From Capsulimonadaceae bacterium (lineage in GTDB: Bacteria; Armatimonadota; Armatimonadia; Armatimonadales; Capsulimonadaceae): 64,000 bases of DNA. The translations under genes were made by a program, and so were the position numbers. Shown here piece by piece: positions 49,816-60,138 of this stretch. The stretch's first letter is position 1; the number at the start of each line of letters is the position of its first letter. The notes below the pieces were generated by a model. The model had not been told where the DNA came from. It did not search any database and saw only the letters and a list, made by a program, of their open reading frames with translations. The stretch covers positions 3,584,001 through 3,648,000 of the forward strand of contig OZ244065.1 in assembly GCA_965215505.1 (NCBI GenBank), given 5' to 3'.

Positions 49816-49889
49816 GCTTGCCTTCCGCGCCGGATTGTTCCGAGCCATGCAGCCTGCTGTGTCACCCCACGAAAGCAAGGACCGCGCTG

Positions 49890-50465
49890 ATGTTTGATGT
49901 TCGCTGCCTCATCCACTCCGAGCCGGGCGACGGCCACATCAACGAGGATGTCGTCGCCGTGCGCCCGCACCCCGGCAACGCCGATGTCGTGCTGTGTGCG
50001 CTCGCCGACGGGCAGGGCGGGCAGGCGGGCGGCGCGGCGGATGATGCGGTCCGCGAGGACGACGCGGCGGGGTATTGCAGCCTGGTCAGCCTGTGCCTCT
50101 CGGGGCAGGGGGTCTGGGGCGCGTCCTGCGGCGACGGCGGGGCGCTCCTCCTCAGCGGCGGCCGGGACATCTTGCTGACGGACGACCAGCGCAAAAACCC
50201 GCCGGTGGGATCGGGCGTCTCCTGCCCTGTGGCGTTCTCCGCCCGGCTCGCGCCGGGTTGGGTGCTGCTGGTGGTGTCGGACGGCGTCTGGAAGTACGTC
50301 GGCTGGGACCAGATCACCCGCATGGCCGCTCGGCATCAGGGGCCGGAACTGATTACCGCCCTGCGCCAAGCGGCTCTGGACGCCAGCGGCGGCAGCCTGC
50401 CGGACGACTTCAGCGTCGCGCTGCTGTACGACGGGGGAACACAGATGGAACAGAACGGATCGTAG
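49890..50465 (+). CDS. PP2C-like phosphatase, probably with an internal deletion
   Basis: NED, ADGQGG, CGDG, VSDGVW and DDFS motifs. Confidence 0.65.
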   Translation: MFDVRCLIHSEPGDGHINEDVVAVRPHPGNADVVLCALADGQGGQAGGAADDAVREDDAAGYCSLVSLCLSGQGVWGASCGDGGALLLSGGRDILLTDDQRKNPPVGSGVSCPVAFSARLAPGWVLLVVSDGVWKYVGWDQITRMAARHQGPELITALRQAALDASGGSLPDDFSVALLYDGGTQMEQNGS

Positions 50466-51263
50466 ATGATCATCGAAGCGCGTGAAGACGTCGTGAAACT
50501 CGAAGGCACCCTGGACAAGAACCTGTGGCCGACCATCCAGGCCGCCGCGAACCTGCTGCTGCGCCACCACCCGCAGGGCATCATCGTGGACGGCAGCGGC
50601 CTCCTCGGCTGCTCCGCCGAGGGCGCGAAGACTTTCCGGGACGCCATGGACTACATCGAGCGCTACAGGGCGCATATCGTCGTCTCCGCCCTGCCCGATG
50701 GCGTGATGGAGGTCATCCGGGCCGTGCCGGGCGTTCGCTCGCGCCTGCCCGTGGCGGCCACCATCGAGGAGGCGCGCGCTTCGCTGAACCTCTCCAAGCC
50801 CGGCGGGGGCCGGGCGACGGCCGGGGGGGACGCGCCGCAGAACATCCTCGTGCCGCTCCTGCGCCCGGACGACCCCCAGGCCGCCGCCGCCCTGGCCTGC
50901 CGGCTGGCGCGGGCTGACCCCTCCCACAAGTCCCGCCTGCACCTGGTCTACGTCCTGGAAGTGCCGCGCCACCTGCCGCTGGCCGCGCCCCTGCCCGAAG
51001 AGGAGGCCGAGGCCGCCCGGACCCTGGCGGCGGCGGCCCGCTGCGCCTCGGGCGCGGGCGTGACGGTCGAGCCGCACGTCACACGCGCCCGCGACGCCGG
51101 GGAGGAGATCGTCGCCCAGGCCACGTCTCTGGGCGCGTCCCTGATCGTCCTGACCTACCTGCCCTCGGGCGACCCCTCAGACACCCTGATGGCGCGCACC
51201 GCCCGCACCGTCCTGGACCGCGCCCCGTGCGAGGTGGTGCTGGACAAGCAGGCGGCGCGCTAG
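50466..51263 (+). CDS. STAS-like + universal stress protein (USP) fusion
   Basis: N-terminal VVKLEGTLD...IIVDGSGL; C-terminal LHLVYVLEVP...VLDRAPCEV. Confidence 0.7.
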   Translation: MIIEAREDVVKLEGTLDKNLWPTIQAAANLLLRHHPQGIIVDGSGLLGCSAEGAKTFRDAMDYIERYRAHIVVSALPDGVMEVIRAVPGVRSRLPVAATIEEARASLNLSKPGGGRATAGGDAPQNILVPLLRPDDPQAAAALACRLARADPSHKSRLHLVYVLEVPRHLPLAAPLPEEEAEAARTLAAAARCASGAGVTVEPHVTRARDAGEEIVAQATSLGASLIVLTYLPSGDPSDTLMARTARTVLDRAPCEVVLDKQAAR

Positions 51264-51298
51264 ACCGTCTGGTCAGGCGGCTTCCGCCGCACGGTCTG

Positions 51299-51715
51299 TC
51301 AATGACTGTGATCGCTGACTTCCGCCTCGAACTCCGCAAGGCTGGCCTTGAGGTACTTCACCACCTTCTGCCGATAGGGCCAGGTCATCGCCCGCAGGGG
51401 GAGGCGGTTCAGCCAGTGGTTGCTGGGGCCGTAGCCGCTGCCGCGCCTGCGCGTGAGTCTCAGGTTGGACGGCAGGACGCGCTGGGAGAGCGTGTCAATG
51501 CAGACCCGAAGCTCGGCCAGCGAGGCGAACCAAAGGACGGCGCTGTCGTACTCGACGACGAAGGCCGGGAAGCCCTTGCCGGGGACCGGGCGCGGCGCGG
51601 GCGGGTCGAAGACCTGCGCGTCCCGCCATTCTCGGCCATCAGCGGGGAGATGCACCCAAAAGGTCATCGGCCCCTCCCGCCAGGCTGGGTAGTAGACGAT
51701 GCGGCGTTTCTTCAT
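51299..51715 (-). CDS. hypothetical basic protein
   Basis: 138-aa ORF with RBS (GAGG); overlaps the upstream ORF. Confidence 0.6.
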   Translation of the reverse strand: MKKRRIVYYPAWREGPMTFWVHLPADGREWRDAQVFDPPAPRPVPGKGFPAFVVEYDSAVLWFASLAELRVCIDTLSQRVLPSNLRLTRRRGSGYGPSNHWLNRLPLRAMTWPYRQKVVKYLKASLAEFEAEVSDHSH

Positions 51716-52094
51716 CGCGTCCTCGTATCAGTTGTCTCAGATACTCCGCATAGTTCTCCCTGTTCAATGGGTCTTCCACTTCCGCACTCTCCACGGCCTG
51801 TTCGGCGCAGGTGATTGCCTCGCTGTGTCGCCCCTGCGCTTCGTAGATGCGGGCAGTCATTACCAATAGGTGCGGGTCGCCCGCATCAATCTTTTCCAGC
51901 TCCGCCGCGCGGAGTAGGGCTTCCTCATGCAATCCCAAGTCGAAGGCGAACAGCAGCAGGACCATGTTTGCGTGCCATAAATTGTGTGGCTTGCCGGCCT
52001 CCCGTGCCCAATCCAGCATCACGGTGGAGGCCGAGGCATAATCACCCTCAGCCCGATACTGCCGGAAGAGTTCAGACGCCTGCCTCAAGTTCAT
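51639..52094 (-). CDS. TPR-like hypothetical protein
   Basis: ARIYEAQGRHSEAITCAEQA pattern; lower GC. Confidence 0.55.
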   Translation of the reverse strand: MNLRQASELFRQYRAEGDYASASTVMLDWAREAGKPHNLWHANMVLLLFAFDLGLHEEALLRAAELEKIDAGDPHLLVMTARIYEAQGRHSEAITCAEQAVESAEVEDPLNRENYAEYLRQLIRGRDEETPHRLLPSLAGGADDLLGASPR

Positions 52095-52099
52095 CGCGC

Positions 52100-53191
52100 C
52101 TATCCTAGCACTTCCAACCCGTTCGGCAGGTGCGTCAATATCTCGCAGCCGTCTTCCGTCACCAGGATGTCTTCCTCCACCCGGACGCCGCCCCAGTTCT
52201 CCAGGTAGATGCCCGGCTCGACCGTCATCACCATGCCGGGCGCGAGGACCAGCGACTCGGCGCGGGCGGAGAAGCCGGGGCCGTCGTGGACCGAGCGGCC
52301 CAGGGAGTGCCCCAGGCCGTGGCCGAAGGCCTCGCCGTAGCCCTTTTCCGTGATGAAGTCGCGGGCGACGGCGTCTATCTCCTTGCCGGTCTTGCCGGGC
52401 TTAACGGCGGCGATGGCCCGCTTCTGCGCTTCCAGGACGACGGCGTAGACCTCGCGCTGCTTGTCCGTGACCTGCCCGATGGCGACCGTGCGGGTGATGT
52501 CCGAGTTGTAGCCGTCCACGGCCGCGCCCCAGTCGATGGTCACGAAGTCGCCGGGTGCCAGCGGGCGCACCCCGGCGTGGTGGTGCGGGTGCGCGCCCAG
52601 GGTGCCCGAGGCGACGATGGTGTCGAAGGCGACGCCTTCCGCCCCGCCCCGGCGCATGGCGAACTCCAGCTCGATGGCGAAGTCCCGCTCGCGCGTGCCG
52701 GGCCGGAGCAGATGCTTGACCGACTCGAAGGCGGCCTCGGCGACGGCGATGGCCCGCCGGATCGTCTCCACCTCGCCCGCGTCCTTGACCAGCCGCAGGG
52801 TTGAAACGACGTCTTTGGTGTTCACCCACTCGGTTTCGGGCATCAATGCCTTGAACGCCTCCCACTGCGCGACCGTGACGTGGCCCGCCTCGAAGCCCAG
52901 CCGATGCACGGCGGGGCGCTCCTTGAGGACGTTCTGCAAGGCCTCCCCGTACCCGCCGCTGCCCGCCGGCGTCTCGACGACCTCGAAGCCCTTGCACTCG
53001 GCCAGGGCGCGCAGGGTGTAGCGCGAGTCGGTGATGAACAGGGCCTCGTCCGGCGTGATCACTGCCTGCGCCGTGGAGCCGGTGAAGCCGGAAACGTAGC
53101 CGAGGCTACCGATGTCGGTCAGCAGCAGGGCGTCGGGGGCGTTGTCGAGTGCCTGGAAGGCGCGGCGGACGTTGTCGAGGCGTGTTGGCAT
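52100..53191 (-). CDS. Xaa-Pro aminopeptidase (M24)
   Basis: TDSRY, YNSDITRT, HGLGHSLG, TVEPGIY and GVRVEED motifs. Confidence 0.92.
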   Translation of the reverse strand: MPTRLDNVRRAFQALDNAPDALLLTDIGSLGYVSGFTGSTAQAVITPDEALFITDSRYTLRALAECKGFEVVETPAGSGGYGEALQNVLKERPAVHRLGFEAGHVTVAQWEAFKALMPETEWVNTKDVVSTLRLVKDAGEVETIRRAIAVAEAAFESVKHLLRPGTRERDFAIELEFAMRRGGAEGVAFDTIVASGTLGAHPHHHAGVRPLAPGDFVTIDWGAAVDGYNSDITRTVAIGQVTDKQREVYAVVLEAQKRAIAAVKPGKTGKEIDAVARDFITEKGYGEAFGHGLGHSLGRSVHDGPGFSARAESLVLAPGMVMTVEPGIYLENWGGVRVEEDILVTEDGCEILTHLPNGLEVLG

Positions 53192-53433
53192 TGGGGATTC
53201 CTTTTGGGCCGGTCTTTGCGCGGCGTAGTGCGGCTATTATACCTAAGCGGCGGCTCGCAAATCTTTCAGCCCGGCGACTGAAGTCACGGCAACAAAGGCA
53301 CGAAGTCACCCTTCGGCGACTCAGACTCCGAACCCGCGAAGGCAGGTTTTGTGATCTCGTTGGCGCGGTTTCAACCGCCCGCTCGACGCCAGCGCGCGCG
53401 CGTGTTACAATGGGGCATCGAGGACACGACGCC

Positions 53434-54387
53434 ATGACCACACCACGACCCACGTTCCGCAACCCGCTGAAACTGGACGGCGCGGACCCGTTCCTGACTT
53501 ATTTTGACGGCTGGTACTATTTGTCCACCACGGCGGGGGCCGACATCAGCCTGCGCCGCGCCCGGCGTATCGGCGATCTCAAAGACGCGCCCGATGAGGT
53601 GATCTGGCGGGACGACGCGCCGGGCCGGTTCCGGGACATGTGGGCGCAGGAGTTCTTCCTGCTCGACGGCCCCAACGGACGACGCTGGTATCTGTACTAC
53701 ACCGCCTCGGACGGCGAGGACGGTCACCACCGGATGTTCGTCTGCGAGGGGTCGGACGACGACCCGCGCGGACCGTACACGTTCAAGGCGAAGCTCCAAA
53801 CCGACCCCGACGACGCCTTCTACGCCATTGACGGGTCGGCCCTGCGCCTGCCCGACGGCCGCTTGTACTTTCTCTGGTGCGGCCGGCCCAGCCCCGCCGG
53901 TCAGGGACTCTACATCTCCCGCATGGCCGACCCGTGGACCCTGACCGGCTCGCGCGTCTATCTGCCCGCCGAGGGCTTCGGCTGCGACGAGGTCCGTGAG
54001 GGGCCGGTGACGATCCAGCGCGGCGGCAGAGTCTTCCTGACCTACTCGGCCTGCGACACCGGCAAGCCGGACTACAAGCTTGGGCTGCTGGTCGCGGATG
54101 ACGACGCGGACCTGATGGACCCCGCCGCCTGGAAACAGCACCCCGCCCCGGTCTTCACCCGCTGCGACGAACACGGCGTCTACGGGCCGGGCCACAACAA
54201 CTTCTTCCAGTCCCCCGACGGGTCAGAGGACTGGATCGTCTACCACGCCAAGACCGACGGCGGCTATACCTACCAAGAACGCTCCGCGCGGGCGCAGCGG
54301 TTCGGCTGGAGCGCGGACGGCCTGCCGGACTTCGGGCGGCCCCTGGCGCTGGACACGGAGATTGCGGTGCCGTCGGGGGAGGAGTGA
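53434..54387 (+). CDS. glycoside hydrolase family 43
   Basis: GADPF, WAQE, AIDG, EGP and GPGHN motifs. Confidence 0.88.
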   Translation: MTTPRPTFRNPLKLDGADPFLTYFDGWYYLSTTAGADISLRRARRIGDLKDAPDEVIWRDDAPGRFRDMWAQEFFLLDGPNGRRWYLYYTASDGEDGHHRMFVCEGSDDDPRGPYTFKAKLQTDPDDAFYAIDGSALRLPDGRLYFLWCGRPSPAGQGLYISRMADPWTLTGSRVYLPAEGFGCDEVREGPVTIQRGGRVFLTYSACDTGKPDYKLGLLVADDDADLMDPAAWKQHPAPVFTRCDEHGVYGPGHNNFFQSPDGSEDWIVYHAKTDGGYTYQERSARAQRFGWSADGLPDFGRPLALDTEIAVPSGEE

Positions 54388-54464
54388 CCGCTGAAGGCAG
54401 GAGAGGAGGGCAGGGGGACCCTGCCCCTACACTACGTCCAACACATCTTGCGGAAGGGGTTCCC

Positions 54465-55277
54465 ATGAACGAAAGAGGTCTGCGCGGCTTTACCCTGATT
54501 GAGCTTCTAGTCGTCGCCGCCATCATCGGCGTCTTGGCCGCGCTTCTGCTCTCGGCCTTCGCGCGTTCGCGCGACAACGGCCGCCGGGCGAGCTGCCTCT
54601 CCAACGAGCGGCAGCTCGGGATGGCGTTCCTGCAATACGAGCAGGAGAGCGACGAGCGATACCCCAACGGCACGGTGAAACGCACCGGCTGGGACCCGCC
54701 CTCGGAGACGCCGCCGTCCGGCGAAGGCTGGGCGGGGCAGATCTACCCCTACGTCAAGAATGCGGGCGTCTTCGGATGCCCGGACGACTCGACCCCGCCC
54801 GCCCCGCCCGCTCAGAGGGTTTCCTACGGCTACAACAACTGGCTGCTCGCCTCGGCGGACGTCTCGGCGGTGCCGGGGCGCGTCCTCTCCACGCCTAGGA
54901 CCGTCCTGCTGTACGAGACCATCGGCAACACCGCCCAGATCACGCAGCCCGACGAAGGGGCCGCCCAGGGCGCACGGGAGTTCTCGGCGGCAGGCGACGG
55001 CGGCCTTCTTATCTCAGCCCCCAACGCCGGAACGGGGCAGGCACTCTATGCGACCGGCTGGATGGGCGGGCGTGATCCGAGCAGAGACAGCAACAGCAAC
55101 CAGTTCCCGGAGCGCAGTGGGCGTCACGCGGGCGGCGCGGATTATTTGATGACGGACGGGCACGTCAGGTGGCTCTTGCCGGCTAATGTCCTCTCCGCCA
55201 TTCACACGACAGTGACCGACGACGAGTTCGGCAAGTATGACGCCTGTTTCGAGAACCAGAACTACCGCCGGAAGTAG
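54465..55277 (+). CDS. DUF1559 prepilin-type protein with H-X9-DG motif
   Basis: [14 protein letters not shown] and [15 protein letters not shown] motifs. Confidence 0.85.
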   Translation: MNERGLRGFTLIELLVVAAIIGVLAALLLSAFARSRDNGRRASCLSNERQLGMAFLQYEQESDERYPNGTVKRTGWDPPSETPPSGEGWAGQIYPYVKNAGVFGCPDDSTPPAPPAQRVSYGYNNWLLASADVSAVPGRVLSTPRTVLLYETIGNTAQITQPDEGAAQGAREFSAAGDGGLLISAPNAGTGQALYATGWMGGRDPSRDSNSNQFPERSGRHAGGADYLMTDGHVRWLLPANVLSAIHTTVTDDEFGKYDACFENQNYRRK

Positions 55278-55279
55278 CG

Positions 55280-55469
55280 TCCTGATCCTACCCCCGCGAC
55301 AAGTCGCGCCCCCTCCCTCGGAGGGAAGGGCAGGTTCAATGGAGGGCGGGGCACCTCGTCTTGTAGGCTCACCATGACCGGCGGGCCATCCGACAGTATA
55401 GACCAGCCTCCATTCCCTCACCCTTCCCTCCGAGGGAGGGGGCGCGACTTGTCGCGGGGGTAGGTCAGG
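55280..55469. repeat. inverted REP-like pair
   Basis: CCTACCCCCGCGACAAGTCGCGCCCCCTCCCTCGGAGGGAAGGG and its reverse complement. Confidence 0.75.
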
Positions 55470-55491
55470 CCCCGAATATTTTCCCCACCAC

Positions 55492-55542
55492 TTGACAATC
55501 CCCCAAACTACCACTATACTGTACTATGTCACTTAGTACAGT
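55492..55542 (+). promoter_or_regulatory. sigma70 promoter with overlapping GntR(YtrA)-type operator
   Basis: TTGACA-17 nt-TATACT; palindrome ACTGTACTA-N7-TAGTACAGT at 55518-55542. Confidence 0.85.
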
Positions 55543-55545
55543 TAG

Positions 55546-55980
55546 TTGAATCAATCGAGGCGAGACTTGGCCCTGGAACTTTCAATCGCGACTGGGAGCA
55601 GCGTGCCGATCTACCGGCAGATCACCGACCAGGTGTGCCTGGCGATCGCGGCGGGCCAGCTCCTGCCCGGCGACCCGCTACCCAGCGTCCGGGCGGTGGC
55701 GGAGCGGCTGGTCGTCAACCCGAACACGGTGGCGCGGGCCTACGCGGACCTTGCGCGGGACGGGCGGGTCGTCACTCAGCCGGGCCGCGCCCTGACCGTC
55801 GCCCCGCGCCGGCAGATACTCTCGGAGGAGGAGCGCGGGCGGCGGCTCGACGCCGCCCTGGACGAGTTCGTCCGCGAGGTGGTCCTGCTGGGCTTCGGGC
55901 GCGAGGAGATCGGGAGGCGGCTGGCCGACAAACTGGCCGAGGCGATGCCGTTGGCGGGAGCGGAAAGGGTGGGCGCATGA
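55546..55980 (+). CDS. GntR family (YtrA-like) regulator
   Basis: PIYRQI...LPSVRAVAERLVVNPNTVARAY. Confidence 0.9.
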   Translation: MNQSRRDLALELSIATGSSVPIYRQITDQVCLAIAAGQLLPGDPLPSVRAVAERLVVNPNTVARAYADLARDGRVVTQPGRALTVAPRRQILSEEERGRRLDAALDEFVREVVLLGFGREEIGRRLADKLAEAMPLAGAERVGA

Positions 55981-56969
55981 GCGAGACGAGGATGGGCGAG
56001 ACGAGGATGGGCGATGGTCTGTTGGGAGACAACGTCATCGAGACGCGCGGGCTGACCCGCTACTTCGGCGGGCGGTGCGTCGTGGACTCGCTGGACCTTT
56101 CGGTCCCGCGCGGCTGCATCTTCGGGTTCCTGGGCCGCAACGGGGCCGGCAAAAGCACGACGATACGGATGCTGCTGGGCCTGCTGGCCCCGACGCGCGG
56201 GTCGGCGTCCGTGCTGGGGGCGGACAGCCGCGCCCTGCCGCCGGATGTGCGCGCTCGGATCGGCTATCTGGCCGAGGGGCACCACGTCTACGGCTGGATG
56301 AGCGCGGCCGAGTGCGGCCGGTTCCAGTCCGCCTTCTTCCCCCGCTGGAACGACCGCGTGTTCCAGTCGGTCCTGTCCCACTTCGGCCTGAAGGGAACCG
56401 CCCGCGCCGGGGACCTGTCGCGCGGCGAGCGGGCCGGGCTGTGCCTCGCCCTGACGCTGGCCCCGGAGCCGGAGCTGCTGATTCTGGACGACCCCGCCCT
56501 GGGCCTGGACCCGGTGGCCCGGCGCGGCCTGCTCCAGTCCATGATCTATTTGACGCGCCGGGCCGACCAGACCGTCTTCTTCTCCTCGCACCTGCTGTCC
56601 GACGTCGAGCGCGTCGCCGACCGCATCGCCGTCCTGGACGGGTCCCTGCTCCGGGCGGACTGCTCTTTAGACACGTTCCGCAGCCGGGTCCGGCAGTTCA
56701 TCCTGACTTTCCCGTCCGCGCCGCCCGCCCTGCCGCCCCTGCCGGGCCTGCTGCAAACCTTCCGTGCGGGCCGGGAGGTGACGGTGACGTTAGCCTCCTG
56801 CGACGACGGCACGGAGCGCCGCCTGGCCGCGCTCGGGGCCGACCGGGTCGAGCCGGTCCCGCTGGGCCTGGAAGACGCCTTCGTCAGCTACCTCAGCGAC
56901 CGGGGCGAGAAGTCCTACTTTTTGGAAGACGTGGAGCAGAGCGACGAGGCGGATTCCCGCCCGGCCTGA
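55977..56969 (+). CDS. ABC transporter ATP-binding protein (YtrB-like)
   Basis: GRNGAGKST, LSRGE, LDDP and SSH motifs. Confidence 0.9.
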   Translation: MSETRMGETRMGDGLLGDNVIETRGLTRYFGGRCVVDSLDLSVPRGCIFGFLGRNGAGKSTTIRMLLGLLAPTRGSASVLGADSRALPPDVRARIGYLAEGHHVYGWMSAAECGRFQSAFFPRWNDRVFQSVLSHFGLKGTARAGDLSRGERAGLCLALTLAPEPELLILDDPALGLDPVARRGLLQSMIYLTRRADQTVFFSSHLLSDVERVADRIAVLDGSLLRADCSLDTFRSRVRQFILTFPSAPPALPPLPGLLQTFRAGREVTVTLASCDDGTERRLAALGADRVEPVPLGLEDAFVSYLSDRGEKSYFLEDVEQSDEADSRPA

Positions 56970-57173
56970 ACGCCGGGCCTACACGGATGGGCCGCCCGCT
57001 TCGGGGCTTCGGATAGCGTGATGCCCGGCGGGCGGGGGATTGAAGAGGGCGGGGGGACCCCGCCCCTACGCGGCCCGAATGTCGCCGTCCCTGTAGGGGC
57101 CGGGTCCCCCGACCCTCCTTCCTGCATCACTTCTCCCGGCTTTGGCCCTTCCCGAATCTTAGGAGCGAACGCA

Positions 57174-59306
57174 ATGAACACCTCCCCCCTGAAAGCCTTG
57201 TTCTGGAAAGAATGCCGCGAGAACGCCCGCTGGGCCGTCCTGTCCGCCCTGGCCCTGACCCTCAGCCTGGCCTACGCCGTGTACCACGAGGCGGCGGCGA
57301 ACACCGCCGCCAGCCCCGACCCTGCCAACGGCCTGCGGCTCGGCTATGTCTGGGAGAACGCCACCCTGGTGTTCACGCTCGGGGCACCGCTCGTCGGCCT
57401 CCTTTTGGGGCTGCTCCAGATCCTGCCCGAATTGCGCCGCGACCAGTGGGCGTTCCTCGTCCACCGGCCCGCCTCGCGCACGACTCTGTTCTTCGGCAAG
57501 GCCCTCCCCGGCGTCTGCCTGTACCTCGCGGCGACGACCCTGCCGCTGCTGGCCCTGGCCGCCTGGGACGGCCTGCCGGGCCGCTCGGCCGCGCCCTTCG
57601 ACTGGCGGTTCACGCTGGGCGGCTGGGCGGCGATCCTCGCTGGCCTGCCCCTCTACTTCGCGGGGCTGACGACGGCCCTGCGGCCCGCCCGGTGGTACGG
57701 CAGCCGCGCCCTGCCGATCTTCGCCGCCTTGCTCGCGCCGCTTGGGATTGGGGCCATGACCGAGTTCTGGCAGGCCGCCCTGGTCTGCCTCCCGCTGACG
57801 GCGGCCCTGGCGGCGGCGGCCTGGGGCAGCTTCCTGACATCGGGCCAGTACGCCGGCCTGCCGCGCACGGCCCGCCTGGGCCTGGGCCTGTCCCTGCTTG
57901 CGGGAATCGCGGCCCTGGTGGTCGGTGCCGTCACGCTGTCGGCGACGGTGTACCTGTCGCTGTTCCCCCAGCCCCGCGCGCCCTTCAGCATGACGCAGTA
58001 CACCGTGGACACGGACGGACAGGTCCTGCGGACCGCCTATGCCGACAATGACGTCCGCTACTCGGACGTCCGGGGCCGGCCGCTGTCCGCCTCTGCTGCC
58101 TCAAAGCGGGAGGACAGCGGCATCCAGACTCTGAATTTCGTGCCGGTCATCAACCCCTCGGCACGCGACCCGCACCTGGGCCACGGCTACAACTCCCCCG
58201 AGCGGTATGTCGCCCCCTTGCAGACCTTCCTGTACCACTCCGAGGACACGGCCTGGTACTACCCCTACGCCCAGGGCCAGGCGGTCGGCTACTCCCTGCG
58301 GACGCGCCGGGCCGTCGGCTACCTCGGGCCGCGCGGCTTCGCGGACACGCCGGAGGGCGCGGGGCGGTTCCCGGAGCCGCTCCTCGGCAGCGAACACATC
58401 AGCAACCAGGTGAGCCTGCTGCACTTCGCGCACTCCGTCCTCTGGTTCAACACGGGCCGGTCGGAGATCAAGCCCCTGTGGCCGCCGTCGGGGACCGCCC
58501 GCATTGACGGCCTGTGTCATGTGACGCAGCCAGGTCCGGGGGAAACCTCCGAGGACACCGTCGTGGTCGCCGCCGACGGCCGGTTCCACCTCTTCACCGA
58601 GGGTAATCTGGTCCTGACGACCCCTTATGCCACCCCTTATGCCGCCGACGCCGCGCGCTACCCTGTCGTCCAGGTCGGCACCGCCCCGCTGACGCCGGGC
58701 ATGATGCCGCCGCCGGCGCGGTTCTTCTTCTGGTACAGCATGAACGGCTTCGGGGCGCAGTCCTGGACCGACTCTGAGCTTGTGGCGCTTTCCACAAGCG
58801 GGCGCGTCGTGGAGGCCGTCACGCTTCCCGCCCTGGCGCAACCCCCGCGCTCCTCGATGCCCGCCCTGCTCGGCGCACTCCCTCCCCCGGCGGGGGACGT
58901 CTACGGCCTCGGCATCGCGCTCCGCGACCGCTGGCTCGGGGACACCCGGCAGAAGGAGAACTGGAACCCGCTGGCCCACGAGACGGGCCTGCCCGCCGTC
59001 CTGGTCCTCTCGGCCCTGGCCGGCCTCCTCTCCGCCCTGACAGCCTGGCTGATCTCCCGCCGTCTGGGCGACGGGCGGCGCGGGCAGCTCGCGTGGGCGC
59101 TGGGGGCCTTCTGGCTGGGCCTCTACGGCGTCCTGCTGCTGCTGGCCCTGCGCGCCTGGCCCGCCCGCGTCCCGTGCCCGGACTGCCGGAGGCAGAGGGC
59201 GGTGGACAACGCGGCCTGTGAACACTGCGGGGCACCCTTCGCGCGGCCCCGGCGGGACGGGACGGAAATCTTCGACGCGGGGGATCGGGAGGCGGCGGCG
59301 CGGTGA
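57174..59306 (+). CDS. ABC permease-like membrane protein with C-terminal Zn ribbon
   Basis: LFWKECRE, FLVHRPASR, multiple TM segments, CPDC...CEHC. Confidence 0.75.
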   Translation: MNTSPLKALFWKECRENARWAVLSALALTLSLAYAVYHEAAANTAASPDPANGLRLGYVWENATLVFTLGAPLVGLLLGLLQILPELRRDQWAFLVHRPASRTTLFFGKALPGVCLYLAATTLPLLALAAWDGLPGRSAAPFDWRFTLGGWAAILAGLPLYFAGLTTALRPARWYGSRALPIFAALLAPLGIGAMTEFWQAALVCLPLTAALAAAAWGSFLTSGQYAGLPRTARLGLGLSLLAGIAALVVGAVTLSATVYLSLFPQPRAPFSMTQYTVDTDGQVLRTAYADNDVRYSDVRGRPLSASAASKREDSGIQTLNFVPVINPSARDPHLGHGYNSPERYVAPLQTFLYHSEDTAWYYPYAQGQAVGYSLRTRRAVGYLGPRGFADTPEGAGRFPEPLLGSEHISNQVSLLHFAHSVLWFNTGRSEIKPLWPPSGTARIDGLCHVTQPGPGETSEDTVVVAADGRFHLFTEGNLVLTTPYATPYAADAARYPVVQVGTAPLTPGMMPPPARFFFWYSMNGFGAQSWTDSELVALSTSGRVVEAVTLPALAQPPRSSMPALLGALPPPAGDVYGLGIALRDRWLGDTRQKENWNPLAHETGLPAVLVLSALAGLLSALTAWLISRRLGDGRRGQLAWALGAFWLGLYGVLLLLALRAWPARVPCPDCRRQRAVDNAACEHCGAPFARPRRDGTEIFDAGDREAAAR

Positions 59307-59407
59307 GGGCCGGTTCCCGCGCCGCGAACCGAATCCGCACGCGTTCGCGTATCACCTCTCAGTACCCTATTAGTGTCCCGCCCGCGAGGGCGGCAGAGGA
59401 GTGACTC

Positions 59408-60118
59408 ATGCGGAAAAACCGGGCGTTTACGCTGATCGAATTGCTCGTCGTCATCGCCATCATCGGGATACTCGCGGCCATCCTGTTCCCGACCTTCGCC
59501 AAGGTCCGGGAGAACGCCCGGCGGACGGCCTGCCTGTCCAACCTGAAGCAGCTCGGCCTGGCCTTCACCCAGTACACGCAGGACAGCGACGAGCGGATGC
59601 CGGGCGCGACCGACGGCGGCAACGGCGGCGCGGGCGTTCACGGCGGCTGGATGTTCTTCGGGACGTTCGACTCGCCGCCCGCGCCCGGCGCGTTCGACCC
59701 CGCCCAGGGGGCCGTCTACCCTTACGTCAAGAGCCAGGCGGTCTACGTCTGCCCGGACGACTCGCCGGGACAGTCGGCGGGCGACTCGTATGCGATCAAT
59801 TCCTGCGTCACCGACACGCACACCGGCGCGCAGCCCAATCCAGGCCGGGCGCTGGCCGCCTTTGATGCGCCCGCCTCGTTCGCCCTGCTGGCCGAGGAGA
59901 CCTACGCCGGCGGCTCCCCGCTCGCCGGGCTGGGCGCAGGCGCGTCCACGGATGACGGCATCCTGTGGTACGTTGACACCGACAACGCCCTCTCGACGCG
60001 CCACAACGGCGGCTCGGACGTCGCCTTCATGGACGGCCACGTCAAGTGGTATCGGCCCGCCGTCCTGGACGCGCAGTTCTTGCGCTCGGGCGGCGTGCCG
60101 GGCGCGGCCTGCCAGTGA
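59408..60118 (+). CDS. DUF1559 prepilin-type protein with H-X9-DG motif
   Basis: [14 protein letters not shown] and [16 protein letters not shown] motifs. Confidence 0.88.
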   Translation: MRKNRAFTLIELLVVIAIIGILAAILFPTFAKVRENARRTACLSNLKQLGLAFTQYTQDSDERMPGATDGGNGGAGVHGGWMFFGTFDSPPAPGAFDPAQGAVYPYVKSQAVYVCPDDSPGQSAGDSYAINSCVTDTHTGAQPNPGRALAAFDAPASFALLAEETYAGGSPLAGLGAGASTDDGILWYVDTDNALSTRHNGGSDVAFMDGHVKWYRPAVLDAQFLRSGGVPGAACQ

Positions 60119-60138
60119 GGCGGAGAATGGAGACCCCA

